Shown here: piece by piece, positions 1-28,516 of the stretch
How the letters are laid out: each line of letters begins with the position of its first letter
Numbering within the stretch: the stretch's first letter is position 1
Source of the DNA: Amoebidium appalachense
Taxonomy: Eukaryota > Protista > Ichthyosporea
Reading direction: 5' to 3'
Assembly: GCA_963693365.1 (NCBI GenBank)
Contig: CAVNZM010000014.1
Span: forward strand, 1,984,001-2,048,000
DNA: 64,000 nucleotides
Program-made: the position numbers and the translations under genes
The notes under the pieces: generated by a model
Database searches by the model: none
What the model was told of the DNA's origin: nothing
What the model saw: the letters and a program-made list of their open reading frames with translations, nothing else

Positions 1-52
1 AAAGAAATTGGGGGGGGGGGGGGGGGGGAGGTGACGGAGGGCGGGGGAGGCG

Positions 53-84
<32 letters not shown>

Positions 85-237
85 GTTAAGAATGTGGGAC
101 ACGGAACGAGGTACAACTTCACGATAAGAGGCACACGCGCAGGCCAACAGCCAAGTATGCAGACAACAGGATCGTGCACGGTGTGATAATCACACAGGCA
201 GAAAATTTCTTCAGGGGTGGGAAGTGGAGGAGAGGGG

Positions 238-269
<32 letters not shown>

Positions 270-270
<1 letters not shown>

Positions 271-383
271 TGTATGCGTTAGAGGGTTGGAAATATGGAG
301 GAGACAACAAAGAGCAACAACAAAAACATCCAAAAATGAGAAGCGTGCAGGCAGAAGACACTTGAACAGAGCCCATCATCGTC
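270..383 (-). repeat. Dispersed cassette, type B
   Basis: Reverse complement reads GATGATGGGCTCTGTTCAAGTGTCTTCTGCCTGCA...CTCCATATTTCCAACCCTCTAACGCATACAT(C)n, between poly-G tracts on the plus strand. Confidence 0.8.
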
Positions 384-399
384 GGGGGGGGGGGGGGAG

Positions 400-438
<39 letters not shown>

Positions 439-1179
439 AGATGGTTGGAGCACACAGGAGAAAGGGAAAAAGAATTGAGATTAGGACCGTTGCCGACAAA
501 AAGAAAACTGAAAAAATAGGACAAGGTTGTAGATATATGAAGTTGAATGTGCCAGTGCAAGGCAGCCAGGGTAGTGAGGAGAGGTAGCCCAACGAGGAAA
601 CCGGAAAGAAAAACAAAGTCAAGAGACAAAACGAAATGAGAGAGCTCAGGATTTTTTTGTTATGTAAGTGAGGAAACAGAAAGGCGGAGAAGAAGGTGAT
701 ATGGGGACGGGGAGTGAAGGCGAGAGAAAGAGGGAGGCACGCGCTTACATGTGATAGAAAGAGAGATGGAGAGATATATAGTATATAGAGAGAGGGAGAG
801 TGTGTGTGTGTGTGCCTGCGTGCGCTTGTGAGTGCATGCATGTGTGCATGTGTGTGTGCGTGTGGTGTATGTGTGTGTGTCTGTGTGCGTCTGTGTGCGT
901 GTGTGTGTGTGTGTGCGTGTGTGCGTGTGTGAGTGCATGGCTGGGTGGCTGGGTGTGTGTGTGTGTTGGGGGGGGGGGGGTCGGCGGGCAGGTGGGTTGG
1001 TGGGTGAGCAAGAAGGGGAGAGAGGACGAGGAGGGGGGGGGAGGGGTTGGGGGGAGGGGGGGAGCAGAGAGAGAGCAAGGGAGAAAGAGAGTGAGGCATG
1101 AGATAGAGAAAGTGAAAGAGAGAGAAAGAGACATTTTGTGTGTATGGTGCATGCCCGTGTGCAAGGGTGTGTATGTGTG

Positions 1180-1233
<54 letters not shown>

Positions 1234-1401
1234 CGCGCACGTGTGTGTGTGCATGCGTGCATGCGTGCGTGTGTGCGTGGGAGGGGGGAGGGGGAGGCAG
1301 GGGGGGAAGGGGGGAGGGGCTCGAGGGCGAGAAGGGAACAGAGACAGACACACACACACACACAGGCAGACACACACACACAGAGAGAGAGAGAGAGAGC
1401 G

Positions 1402-1980
<579 letters not shown>

Positions 1981-3358
1981 GCTTGTGTGTGGACGTCCGT
2001 TGTTGATGTGTAAGCGATCTCGCGCATACTTGTCTGCGTGCGACTCGCCGCAAAAACGCAAGACAGGCACCGCTCACTGCATACAAAAGAACCTAACAGT
2101 ATAACCGCGAAGTGGTTTCCTACAAGCACTTTCCCAAGCAACACCCCAAGTAAAGAGTTTTCATGCGTTGGCCGTTCGTTGTTCCCGTAAAGCACAAACC
2201 CACCTTGCCTGAGTCGCAGCCATTCTCCCTTGCAAGCAGGCCGCCTGTAGTTAAAACTTTCTTTAATCCACCACCATAACCTACAACTTCTCATGTTCCT
2301 TCTCAGAAGCCTGTATCGTGCAAAAACATGAACTTTTTTCGAGTTTCGAATCGTCCCTATGAACAAACGGTGGCCACTAACAGAACAGCCACGCGCTTTC
2401 TATAAGGCCAAGCACAGCTTTGCACTTGGCAGGCGCAACTTCTCTAGGTGTGTAGGTGTGTGAAAAAATCTCTCTGAAAAGGAGCGATGTCTCAGGTTTA
2501 TTGAGGAGGAAGTTGGGCAGCACCGCACTACACGCGCGCACTACTGTACATACATACACATACATCTCAACTTCAGTATGCATCATGGGGCCTGATTTTG
2601 TGTAAAGTTGCGCAAGTTTAACGCAAAAGTTACATTTGGCGCCAAACTCGCCCCGAGCCCAACCGTGAATGTTCGGGGATATCCGGCAAGTCGAGAACTG
2701 TGGCACCGCACTGTGCACTACAACGGCAGATGTCGGGAGGCAAGAACACAGGAGCATATGTACACGTTCTTGGGCTATGTGCAGCAACATAACCTGTCAA
2801 GAACAATGACATGAATATGCAACTGCGGCGCCGTAATACGTATATATATGCATGCGTACATATACCTGGCAATACGTGCATGTGACCTGGCCTCCGCCAT
2901 GGCGGGGCTATAATAAACCCGTTCCAGTGATACGCTGTTTGATACGCATTTAGTTCAACGACGTGGCACACGCGCGCACACACACACACACGAACGGACT
3001 GTGGCTCACACGCAAAATAACAGCAAACGAGCACACACGTGTGGGTGACGTGTGCAACGCGACTCCCTCCTCCACGTACCGTGGCACGTGCGCACATACT
3101 CGTGCACACTGTCATAAACACAATTACACACGCACACGCATTCGCGGCGCACATCAATGCACACATACTGTACGTGTATTGACGTGCTACACGTGCACAT
3201 GGCGGAGTGTGTGGGTGGGTGTGGATGTTTGTGTCTGTTTTGCGGCGTAATACGGTATGTATTCGTGTCACGGTTCGCGCCAGTACGTGTGCATGTGTGT
3301 CTGAGTGTGTGTGCTTTTGTGTGCGCGCGCGTGTGTGCGTGTGGGTGTGCGCATGCGC

Positions 3359-3399
<41 letters not shown>

Positions 3400-3434
3400 A
3401 CAGTGTGTGTGTGTATGACAGTGTACATGTGTCA

Positions 3435-3479
<45 letters not shown>

Positions 3480-3516
3480 ACAGTGTGTGTGTGTATGACA
3501 GTGTACATGTGTGTCA

Positions 3517-3551
<35 letters not shown>

Positions 3552-4062
3552 ACAGCCTGCGTGCGAAACTCCCGTCTGTGTATATATATACCCCATGGCG
3601 TACCGCGTTTTATTTGTTTTTCTGTTGCGCATGCTTAACTTGTCTACATACACGATCGTAACCCCCCCCACCCCCCCCACCCCCCCCCCCCCACCCCCCC
3701 CTCCCCCCCCCCACCCCACCAACTCCACCACCGCCACCACCACCACCACCACCAAAAGCAAAAAAAAAAGAAAAAGAAAAAGAAAAGGAAGAAAAAAAAA
3801 CATCCGTCCACCCATGCTCGGTCCCACCCGCTGACAGTACCGCTGCTGTAAATGACAAAGTTGGAAAAATAAATTTGAAGCCCCTTTTTCCTAATTGCAG
3901 CAAGAAAATACCACAGGTTGGTAAAATGTTGTCTTGTGCAAGCACCTGCATGACTCAATGATAAGTTTCCTTAGCATGTCATGATCACGTCCCTTGTTGA
4001 TTGCGCGCATGCGATACCAAGGAGTAACGTCAGAATTTTGCAGTCAAGGAGGGAGGTAGAGA

Positions 4063-4096
<34 letters not shown>

Positions 4097-6277
4097 GTGG
4101 GGGGGGGGGGGGGGTGATTGGGTTGGGGGGGGGGGGGGGGGGGGGGGGGGTTTCGTTAAAAAACGATACAGATCGCCAGCCATGCAACTACAAATCCGCA
4201 AAGTGTTGTTCCTAGCTAGCTTAGAATGAACACGTACTATATGAATGACCGTCAGTGAAGCTAAAGGAGGCTGCGATACATACATAATTGTATCATTGCA
4301 TATGCATTAGGTGTACATTAGGCCCATGTCGTCAACGGATTTGCCAGAGGGAGTGGACAATCAAAGTGCAATAATCCCACGCGCTCTAACCATATCAGAG
4401 CTTTACGTATCATGTTTTCCTTCCTTAGAGTCTGACATGATAATGAACCGTTGTTTATGAGGACCATTCTGACATTGCCAAGAACGTTCGACGCGTTCAA
4501 AATTTCTGGCGGAATAAATGCCTTGGCACTGCCCTGAGAGCCTCCTCCCCCACACCCCCCCGGCAAAAAAAAAAAAAAAAAAAAATGAAAAAAAAAAAAG
4601 TTTACAATAAAAATAAATGTCATCACCGGTACCGGCCCAGGGCCAGGGGCCTGCCTCAAGCTGCCAGCTCCATTTTACACTGATGCCTATATGTACGTAC
4701 GTACAGTTTATCGTTACTAACTGATGCCATGTTTCACTTGCGCACACTGAGTTATTATAATTGCATGTACTTACAGCAATCACGTGTCATATTTTCTCCT
4801 TTGGGCTGCTTGCTCCCCATACACAAATCTCAAGAAACAAACACTGTAGGCCACAGAGACAGTTTCCCTCCGTCAACGTTACTAAACGAAGCTTCCGTTT
4901 CCCGGCTCAGTCTCTTGATTCAAGTTTTTCCTCTCAAGAACTCTTTTAAAGCCTGCCGCAAACCCAACGGACCAAACTCCCCGGAGACCTCCCCGCCCCC
5001 CTGCCCCCTTCCCCCCTCCCCCCCCCCCCCCTCCCCCCACCCCACCCCCCTTCAAACGGAGAGCCTCGGAGCTCCGGGCTTCCCAGCTTCCCGCTTGCCC
5101 ACCTCACGGGTATTTCCCATCCAGCTTGCTGCTCCGTTTTTTCTCCAACCTAGCCTCCAACCAACCCCTCCCCCACTGCCAAACAAGCACATGAAAGGTT
5201 TGCCTAAAGCTCCTGACAGTGTGGCTATCTCACGGTGACTTCCAGAACTACTTGCACTGTACCGGGCACCAAAATGTGTTCACACAATCGCCCATTCTTC
5301 TTCACCCGCTTTCTTGCCCTCGGTGTCCCTGGCCGTGCCCCATCCAGATGCCCCCCCCCCCCCCCCCAATTCGAATCACACATGAACACACACACACACA
5401 CCGTGACAGACACACACACACAAACCGTGACACACACACACACACACACACAAACACACAAACACACACACACACCGTACTGTGTGGCAGAAACGCACTC
5501 TATGCATGCTATAGCCTATGCTGAGACGGTGGTGCACGTGACACCTGAATGGCCGGTGGTAGTCACTTGAAAAGAGATTTCCACGGTACTCGGCGAGGCT
5601 GCTACAGTGTTGCCGGTGCATGATGCCATAGCTACTGGTAGTTTTCGTCCGGATGCAGCAGCCGACGTGGTGCACGTGACATGTACACCTGAATGGCCGG
5701 TGGTCTACAAAAGAGAGACGTTTTTCTTTATTGTAGCCACCAAGGCTGCTTTGTTGCCCATCGATATCATACACAGCAATCGTCTCGATACAGCTGGTGA
5801 GCTCTTGAAAATGAGATCATAAAAAGGGAAAATTTTAATGCACCGTATTTCTAGCGTGTCTTTGACTAGATATTCCAAGGACACTAAAGAACCGTCACGG
5901 TACAAATTATGTAATAGTGCATGTCCTCTGCTTTTTGCCCTGAGGCGACCATATGATATTAAGAATAAGAATTAACGCCGTACGCATGGCCGGTTACCGT
6001 ATATGCTTAGACAATTTGAATTATGGTAAATAATGACACCACTTAGGCAAAAGGGGACTTCATGCCCGCAAGAAACTATGATACAGTTAATGGCGAGCAA
6101 AAAAGTTGATGTTACAGCATATGACTTCTAATAAACTACTGATCGACCACTAAGGCTCTGCTTTAAACCGAGCTGAATAACTGGTCATCACCATGTTAAG
6201 AATATGTTTCATTCCGGAAGGCTTGTACCGTTGTATTACTTATGATCACTGAGCTCGTCCGTTATATTTAAATTTAC

Positions 6278-7336
6278 TTATTCATCTGGAGCAAAGCGGA
6301 TCACCACACGTCCCCTAATCTTTCCGGCCTTCATATCAGTCAGAATCTGAGGAATGTTTTCCACCTTATCTTCCACCAGCGTGGCCGTGACGTTCCCTCC
6401 GGCCGCAATATTCAAAGCCTCCTGCAGGTCCAGGCGGGTGCCAACAATAGAGGCCTTTAAGTCCTTGGCACCAAGTACGAAATCAACGGGGTTGATCTTG
6501 AAGTCGCCAGCCGGGAGAGAAACCACAACGACGGTGCCGCGAGCACGAAGATACTTCGCAGCCTGCTCGTATGCAACCAACGACGGGGCAACCACCACCA
6601 CGCCATGGGGCCCACCGGGAACGGCCTCACGCACGGCTGCAATAACGTCATCAGAGCCAGCGTCAACAGTTTTGTCGGCGCCAATAGACATACAGTACTT
6701 AAGGCGGTCAGCACCAAAGTCGATAGCGAGCACCTTCATACCCATGGCTTTTGCATACTGCACGGCCACGTGACCCAGCCCACCGCTAGCACCGTGGATG
6801 GCCACCCATTCCATGGGCTTGACCCTTGATTCTTTCAGGGCCTTGTAGGTCGTCACGCCTGCACACAGAATGGGGGATGCCTGGGAGTACGGAAGGGCAT
6901 CGGGGATCTTCCCAACGTATTCAGCGCGGGCAATGGTGTATTCGGCAAAGCAACCGTCGGCAGCAAACCCCGTCTGGTGCTGCTGGGCACAGACAGTCTC
7001 CCACCCAGCCAGGCAGTGCTCACACGCCATGCAACTGTCATGCAGCCACGCACTACCCACACGGTCGCCGACCTTCAAGTTGGTCACGCCCTCTCCCACC
7101 TTGGCGACAACTCCGGCCCCCTCGTGGCCCGGGATGATGGGGTAGTTGGGCTGGGCGTTTGTCCAGTCACCATCCAACACGTGCAGGTCAGTGTGGCAGA
7201 CACCTGATGTGATGATCTTGATGAGAACTTGGCCGTATTTGGGCTCAGGCACGGGCACCTCTTTAATTGAAAGCTTCCCTGGAGCCTCCACGACACATGC
7301 CTTCATCATGGCAGGGATGTCAACGACTGGAGCCAT
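6278..7336 (-). CDS. ADH: Zn-dependent medium-chain alcohol dehydrogenase (AdhP/yeast ADH-like), single exon, 352 aa
   Basis: Uninterrupted ORF with catalytic Zn motif GVCHTDLH...GHEGAG, structural Zn cysteines (CMACEHC...C), ILCAGVTTYKALK, Rossmann motif GASGGLG and C-terminal GKIRGRVV. Start placed at 7336 (aaaATGg context, MAPVVDIPAMMKA) rather than 7390; TAA at 6278-6280. Confidence 0.96.
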   Translation of the reverse strand: MAPVVDIPAMMKACVVEAPGKLSIKEVPVPEPKYGQVLIKIITSGVCHTDLHVLDGDWTNAQPNYPIIPGHEGAGVVAKVGEGVTNLKVGDRVGSAWLHDSCMACEHCLAGWETVCAQQHQTGFAADGCFAEYTIARAEYVGKIPDALPYSQASPILCAGVTTYKALKESRVKPMEWVAIHGASGGLGHVAVQYAKAMGMKVLAIDFGADRLKYCMSIGADKTVDAGSDDVIAAVREAVPGGPHGVVVVAPSLVAYEQAAKYLRARGTVVVVSLPAGDFKINPVDFVLGAKDLKASIVGTRLDLQEALNIAAGGNVTATLVEDKVENIPQILTDMKAGKIRGRVVIRFAPDE

Positions 7337-7450
7337 TTTGCTTGTGTTGTAAATAGGTAAGGCAGATGTCACTTGAAGCTTTGATAGCATAGACTAAGTA
7401 CACTGCAACAGGTGTGGTGTAGTGTTGTTTTGTGATCACAAAGCCCGTTT

Positions 7451-7457
7451 TTTTATA
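7451..7457 (-). promoter_or_regulatory. Putative TATA box of the ADH gene
   Basis: TATAAAA on the minus strand about 115 bp upstream of the ADH ATG, next to palindromes TGTGATCACA (7431-7440) and a CGTACG/CACGT-rich block (7528-7551). Confidence 0.45.
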
Positions 7458-9700
7458 GTTGCAGGTCCAGGGAATTTCGGAGTTGAGCACTGGTTAGCTT
7501 TATTTTGTGCTTGATCACACGGCGACCCGTACGCGCGTGCACGTACGTACGGTGCTAGCGCTGTCGGCGAATAATTGAAAATCACTTATGATTAGGAGCT
7601 CTGGCAGGATATTTCTCCTGCTGTGCGTATGGATACATCCCTATGATATGTCTGTATGGTGCTCTGATGTTGATATATCGATATTACACGAGACAGTTGT
7701 GCAGTGGCCCTCCGGTAATTCTGTTTCCATCGATGCCGTTGGTGCCACTAGTTTTGATGGCATCAGTCACTGACTGTTTGCTACATTTCTTGTTGAATTC
7801 TGTTGGTCGTCACCAATTGAATATCAATATGATATCGATTTTTACCGTGTTCGGGTAATGGTATCTCAGTATGCACTTGTTACTGGATAAATAACTTGTG
7901 AAGCTTTATCCATGGCCACCTCAGTATGCATACTTCTCTCCGGATCCGTTGCCATCCAATCAATAGAAAAATTACTGAAAGTGGCCAAGATGATGGTGCG
8001 CATGCAGGGTCCGTGGCAGGCTTGTACAAGGCTGTCAATGTTCCCATGACTCCTATCACAATGTTTCCAAGTACGTACATGTATGTACTATATGCATAGT
8101 ACTACACGATGCAGATATCGATCTGCGGATGTTTTGCATGCATTATGTTGGATTTTCCGGAGCATATCAAACTATCCATTTTCTTAGGCAGCCAAAAGAC
8201 ATTACCCCTCTATCTTATCGCATCCAGCAACAAAGGTTTGCGATGAAACGACCGTTGTTACGTAAACGGCAACGTTCTAGAAGAACATGATTGTGAGCTC
8301 GAGAGGCTCGGCGAGCTCGGAGCGAGCCGTGACCGCAAATCGCAATCCTGTTGGTTCGCCGCAGTGGACCAATCATTGTTGGAAAACTGTTGTGGATGCC
8401 ATAAATGGTAGGGTTTATTTTGAGAAACCCAATGGGTTGGTTTGTAGACAAATATGGTGCGGCAACATGAGCCAAAAGATTTTCCGACGTGGTTCATGTA
8501 CTCGGCAGTGCTCACTGTATGCCATGATGATGTCACAGACTCACAGTGGCTTCGCCCTAGTTCTAGGAAACCAAAAAAATTTCAATTATATATAAATGAC
8601 ATGAAGGCTCCACGTATCCACCAAATGCTTGTAAACACTAGGCGGTCGCTTTTCAGCATCATTGTGTTGCCTGCTGAAGAGGGCCCCCTTGCATGTAATT
8701 CTTTTATTTAAAAAAAACACACCAATTGGAATTTGTACGAACCCACTAAAAGGTTTATACTACATAGTCATGCTTCTATTTTACTGTATTTCTTTTCAAC
8801 GAATCAAAAGGAATTGCTAACGAGGCAAAGCATTGGTCGCCGGTCACGTGCGAACCGTAGGCATGCCTACACACCACCGGCGAGTAAAGCACCGTTATAA
8901 CTGCAAATAGGCAAGATCTCTTTACAATCTACCTCTGTAAGTTATTCTTCTTCCCCAATTTCTTACTTATTTGATGTTGGGAAGTATAATGTACATCCGG
9001 GAAGCAGGCAGGAAAAACAATCCTGTCGTCATCGACTCGGTATCGATGTATGTGATCATGATAATTATTGATCACGAGCCGCGGGCCAGCCGTCGTCGCC
9101 TGAGCCTCGCGACTCGCGACTCGCGAGGCTCACTCGACTGAACTATTCTTATGTGGCTCATGATCACTACTAGTTTACGTATTGTTTGGCACAGGAGACT
9201 TGGGCTTCCTTCAACTTCTAGATCTGGTCGCTTCTGCAGGCAAATATAGTAGGGGCCAAGACGCGTGCACGGTACATGTAACGCATATGAGCAATGCTGC
9301 AAGCACCGGACACCTGATCATGCATATGATGGAACAACTTGTGCAAACAACAGCAAGTTGCACATGATCGATCGATCTGGCGATCCATGCAAGTCCCCCT
9401 TCTCGTCTCCCGTGCATGTACATATTACACGGAGAGAGAAATAGCAAGAAAGTACTTGTATGCTTGCTTTCCCTCGAGGAAGAAGTGTACGGAAGAGGGA
9501 AAAGAGAGAGGGAAGGGTGGGGGTGGGGGAGAGAGGGGGGGGGGGGGGGGGGGGGGGGGGCGGGGAGCCCTAGGGGCCGGGGGAGGGGAGGGGGCCCCGG
9601 GGGAGAGAGAAAGGGGCGGGGGGAGGAGGGGGAGAAGATAGGGAGGGAGAGAGAGAGAGAGAGACAAGGAGGGAGGGAGGGAGGGAGGGAGGGAGGGAGG

Positions 9701-9769
<69 letters not shown>

Positions 9770-10101
9770 AATAGAGAGAGTGTGTGTCTGTGTGTGTGTG
9801 TGTATGAGTGAGACAGAGGCCCAAAGAACGAGAATTTGATCATAAAAGAGAGAGTTAGAGAGAACCGAAAGAAGGTGAGTGCATGATTAATCAAAGGTAC
9901 AACATTTTTTGCCCCCCTCGGAGTCCCTCCTCTCCCTTCTGTCCTCGTACCATGATGCTGTCTTACCGCGGTGGCCAGCTGCATGGTACCGCTGCGTTTC
10001 CCATGCAAAATGATCCCCCCCCCCCCCCCCCCCCCCCCCCTCCCCTCTGTCCCCCAGCGTACTTGGTGTACTCCTGTGCATGCACCCACGCGCGCGCGCG
10101 T

Positions 10102-10160
<59 letters not shown>

Positions 10161-11089
10161 ACCACTTTTAGCCACGCTCACGCGCGCGCACACACTTACA
10201 CAACCACTGTCGCGCGCGTGCACACACGAATTCACACTCGCGCGGCCATGGGTGGGGAAAGGGATCCGGGTGGGATCATAGTAATACGCTGCCAGCAACC
10301 TTAGATTCGTCAGATTCGCAGCCACCAACCTTGACGACAGCATTTATTTTCGTTTTGCCCAAACTTTCTTAGAAGGGCATCACAGATATACTAATTACCC
10401 GTCACGGTGAAAAACACCTCACGGTCGAATACAAGACCTCAAAACCAAAAAAAACCATAATGGAAGCTGCCGTCTATTGTTGGCGACTTTATGCTCCATG
10501 TAAACCAAACAAAGCAAAACTAACTGCCGTAACTTATGACACATAGAGAACAGCCGCAGGCCAACTTCGTGTAGCCATCTAGACTCAGTTCTTTATGTAC
10601 ACATTCATCATGCTGCAGTAGTGTTAGCAACCACCATCGGGCTTTACCGAAACCACGAGAGCTACGAAGCACCTAGCCAAAAAGGAGGGGAAGAAAGAAA
10701 GATCTAGAAGAAAATGAGAGAGAACAAGAAGGTGCGTGCACACTGATGCTGTGAGGTGGCTCGCTGTTCATAGTCATGAATACAAAAGACGGGCAGGAAT
10801 ACAAAAGACCGGCAGGCAGGACACATATAGAGCACAAAATATTTTGTCGGGTTTGTGTTTCGTGTTCGTGCCTAGCCAAGTGTGTATGTGTGTTAAAAGC
10901 CGGACTCCATGTAAAGTACTAGGTACATCTAGCATAACACGCAGTGTATGTACATTTGTTAGCTCACTGGAAGTAATATTCCAAAACCAGACCGGGGGGA
11001 GGGAGGGGAATAATACAGAACGTGGGGGGGGAGTTTGAGAGGAAGGGAGGTGTGTGTGTGTTGGGGGGGGGGGGGGGGGGGGGAGGTTG

Positions 11090-25401
<14,312 letters not shown>

Positions 25402-26612
25402 AATAATACAAAGAGAGCTCAATCTATACACTCGTTATAACCTTGGCACACTATACTATAAAAATTAGCAAACATATGCTACATGCGGTGCTTTTGAAGG
25501 CAACACTGTTCGACTTCGAAGTTTGCATCGGATGATCGAACGAAAAACATGAACATGACAAGCTCCTCCACGTTCCCTATAAACGTCATTGGTTTCTGAA
25601 GATAATCAAAATTTGCAAATAGGTTTTATCCAATTTAAATGCTCTTACGCGTATTGCGCACATTCACAAACTAGTTTATAGAAAACAGAATCATCAACTA
25701 CATAATCAATCGTGTGTAATAAAAAGAAATAGGGGATAATTACAGGCATTCGCTGGAAGTTGAAAACCAAGAGAGAGCCGTGTTTTTCCAGACCCCCGGT
25801 CAAGCCCTTTGGGTTTGAGGAGACGTCTAATTAACCGACGAAGTGCGGCGATCATCAGGGGTTGCCTGGGTTTGGCCCTCTTAATCGTATTTAGGCAAAA
25901 TCCGAGCATACTGACACCCTTCAGTGTCGTATTCACTAATTGGATACGCCTTTTTAATCTTATTGTGGGGTTTTCTATATCGTATTTTGGGCCAAAACGA
26001 TTCGTAAAGCAAACCCTGGCGATCATGGGGCGAAATCTCTATGGTTGGTTCAAAGTTGGCGCCGTAGCCAAATATAGTTAAAGGCACTTCTATTTGTTAG
26101 GATCCGTTTTTAACTTGACAGGCCAAGAAAGTGCCATTTTCGGGCCGAATCGGGTTGACTTGGAACTTGGGCCATTGGAACCCCACACACCCCCTGCTTT
26201 CCGCACACACCCAACAGCGTTCACTTGAAAAATTTATAAACTAATAAACGAGTCTCCGAGTTACAATACCCATCTTTCTAGGTAAATTGCACCGGGGCAA
26301 CTGGTTCTGCTTGGGATTCTTCAAGCACTTGTTTTATATGGTGCATGTGTGCTTTTTTAAGTTGAACAGCTTCTTTAAAAAACATCGACATCCTTACTGT
26401 AACAAAGTTTTTCACACACGTAGTTTTGGGCAAGATTCCCAGTGCACACCATCACCTAACCAGCAGATTAGAGCGCACACTACTTGCAGCAGCTACACCA
26501 CTGACGCCTGCGCAGACAGACAGACACAAATACGCACAACTCACCAACACTTTTATCACTTAAGCACCAATCCACCTACGCATCCACACGGACTCACACG
26601 AAAAACGGCAAC
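25402..26612. promoter_or_regulatory. Divergent (head-to-head) intergenic/promoter region between photolyase and NSRP1
   Basis: About 1.2 kb, AT-richer and microsatellite-free, between ATG 25401 (-) and ATG 26613 (+). Confidence 0.5.
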
Positions 26613-27912
26613 ATGTCTTCGTTTGCACCCAAAAAATATGGCTTGCAGCTAAGAGGACCCACAGCAGCCGAAGGCCCCAAGAAACCAGCCCTCGGTGCAG
26701 CTGCAGTTTTTGGTGACGATGACAGTGATGATGGTGCCCCCCAAACGGTATGTTAGCTGTGTTTCATCTGGTTAGATTTAACGTAACTGCACATATTTGC
26801 GGTTTACCAGCAAACTGGCACACCCACGGGAATAGGCACTCATAGGCTGCAATGTGCATCTCCCACTCCATCCTTCTCCCCGCCTCCTACCCTATCTCTC
26901 TCTTGTTCTCTTGACGTACGTACCTCCCATATTCTCCCTTGCCCCTGCCCGCTGACTTGGCACCTACTACTTCCCCTCCCTCCCTCCCTCCCTCCCTCCC
27001 TCCCTCCCTCACTCACTCACTCCCTCCCTCCCTCCCTCACTCATTCACTCACTCACTCACTCCCTCCCACCCTCCCTTCCTTCCTCCTCTGTCCCTCTCT
27101 TGCTCCCTCCCTTCCTCCCTCCCTCCCTCCCTCCCTCCCTCCCTCCGTTATCCCCCCCCCCCCCCCCCGGCACCGCCCTCCCTCCCTTCCCCCCCCCCCC
27201 CCTCCCTCCCTTCCTCCCCCCCCCCTCCCTCCCTCCCTCCCTCCCTCCCCCCTCCGTCCGTCTTTCTCTCTCTCTCTCCCCTCTCCCCTTGTCTCTCCCT
27301 CCCCTCTCTCCCTCTCTCTCCCTTCCCCGTCTCCCCCCCTCCGTCTCTCTCTCACTCTCTCCCCCCTCCCCCCTCCCACTCCCTGCCCCCCCCCCCTCTC
27401 CCTCACTTCCTCTATCCCTCGCTCCCTCTCTCCCTCTCTATCTTTCTCCCGCTGCACATACCTCCCCTCTCTCTCCCTCCTCCCTCTCTCTCCCCCTCTC
27501 TTGCCCCCCTTCCCTCTCCCCGCCCCCCTCCCTCCCCCTCCCCCCCCCCCCCTCTCCCCCGCCCACCCCCACTCCCCCAGTCCCTCTTGCTCCCCAATCA
27601 CTCCATCCCTTACTCCCCTGCCCTTGCCTGCATAAGCAACCCTGCTCGTCTCTGATCAAGACGGGTGACCTACTCATGTTCAAGTGAAACAGTATCTGAG
27701 TTGGGTTTCGTTAACGAGGGGAATAGGTCGAAACTCGGGTACTGTGGATGACGTGGGCCCCCCCTGAGGATGGGCTCTGCTTATTATGCATACTCTTTAT
27801 GTATGGCTTGCATTCTGCATCGTGTTATCCGTTTGTTCTTGTGTACTTCGTACTTTTTGACGCATTCAAACCCCCCCCCCCCCCCCCCTCCCCCCCCCCC
27901 CCCCCCCCCCTC

Positions 27913-27943
<31 letters not shown>

Positions 27944-28454
27944 CACCACCAGAAAAATGGGAGGGAGGGGGGGAAGGACGAAGGGGAAGAAAAAGAAGTG
28001 GAGAAAAAGAAAAGAATTAATAAGAAAAGAAAAGAAAAGTGGGGCAATTCACATGCCCCCCTATCATTCCGCTTAGTGCTTTATCTTTCTTGTCTGAGGT
28101 AGTGCTTTCCATGAATCCCGGTTACCCCCCCCCCCCCCCCCCTTAACCTCCCCCCTCCGTCTCTCCTGCCCCCCCCCCCCCCCCCTCCACACCCCCTCCT
28201 CCCCCCCCAAAAAATAACCTTCCTCCCTCCCCTCCCCCCCCCCCCCAAAAAAAAACACCACCAACCCACCCACTTTCCCCGGGTGGCACCAGCCATATAT
28301 TCGCAAAAACCATTACTCTTCTTAACCCCCTCCTTCTGCCCCTACACCTACCCGCCTTCGTCCAATCCTCCTATCGATTATCATTTATGCAATAGGTATC
28401 GCAAGGATTAAACCATGTTTCCCTCCTCCTCCCTATCCCCCCCTCCTCCTCCCC

Positions 28455-28516
<62 letters not shown>

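Noticed and set aside
1995-2027. MREI start resembling beta-tubulin on the minus strand
   Set aside because: It continues AYTSTTD into CA repeats with no tubulin similarity.
5531-5705. Direct repeat GGTGCACGTGAC...ACCTGAATGGCCGGTGGT (two copies) giving zinc-finger-like HRPFRC peptides
   Set aside because: There is no valid C2H2 spacing or exon structure; treated as a small local duplication.
6354-7352. Antisense and alternative-frame ORFs overlapping ADH
   Set aside because: Shadow ORFs of a GC-rich coding sequence.
7337-7390. Upstream ATG 7390 as the ADH start
   Set aside because: The extra 18 aa lack ADH similarity and ATG 7336 has the better context. A short leader isoform is not formally excluded.
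25706-26087. Overlapping 68-106 aa ORFs in the divergent promoter region
   Set aside because: Non-ATG or weak starts, no recognisable motifs and no splice support.
27745-27770. Box C/D snoRNA reading of the type A cassette (GATGA...CTGA)
   Set aside because: The boxes are only about 15 nt apart, box C is imperfect in most copies, and the spacer is a variable C run.
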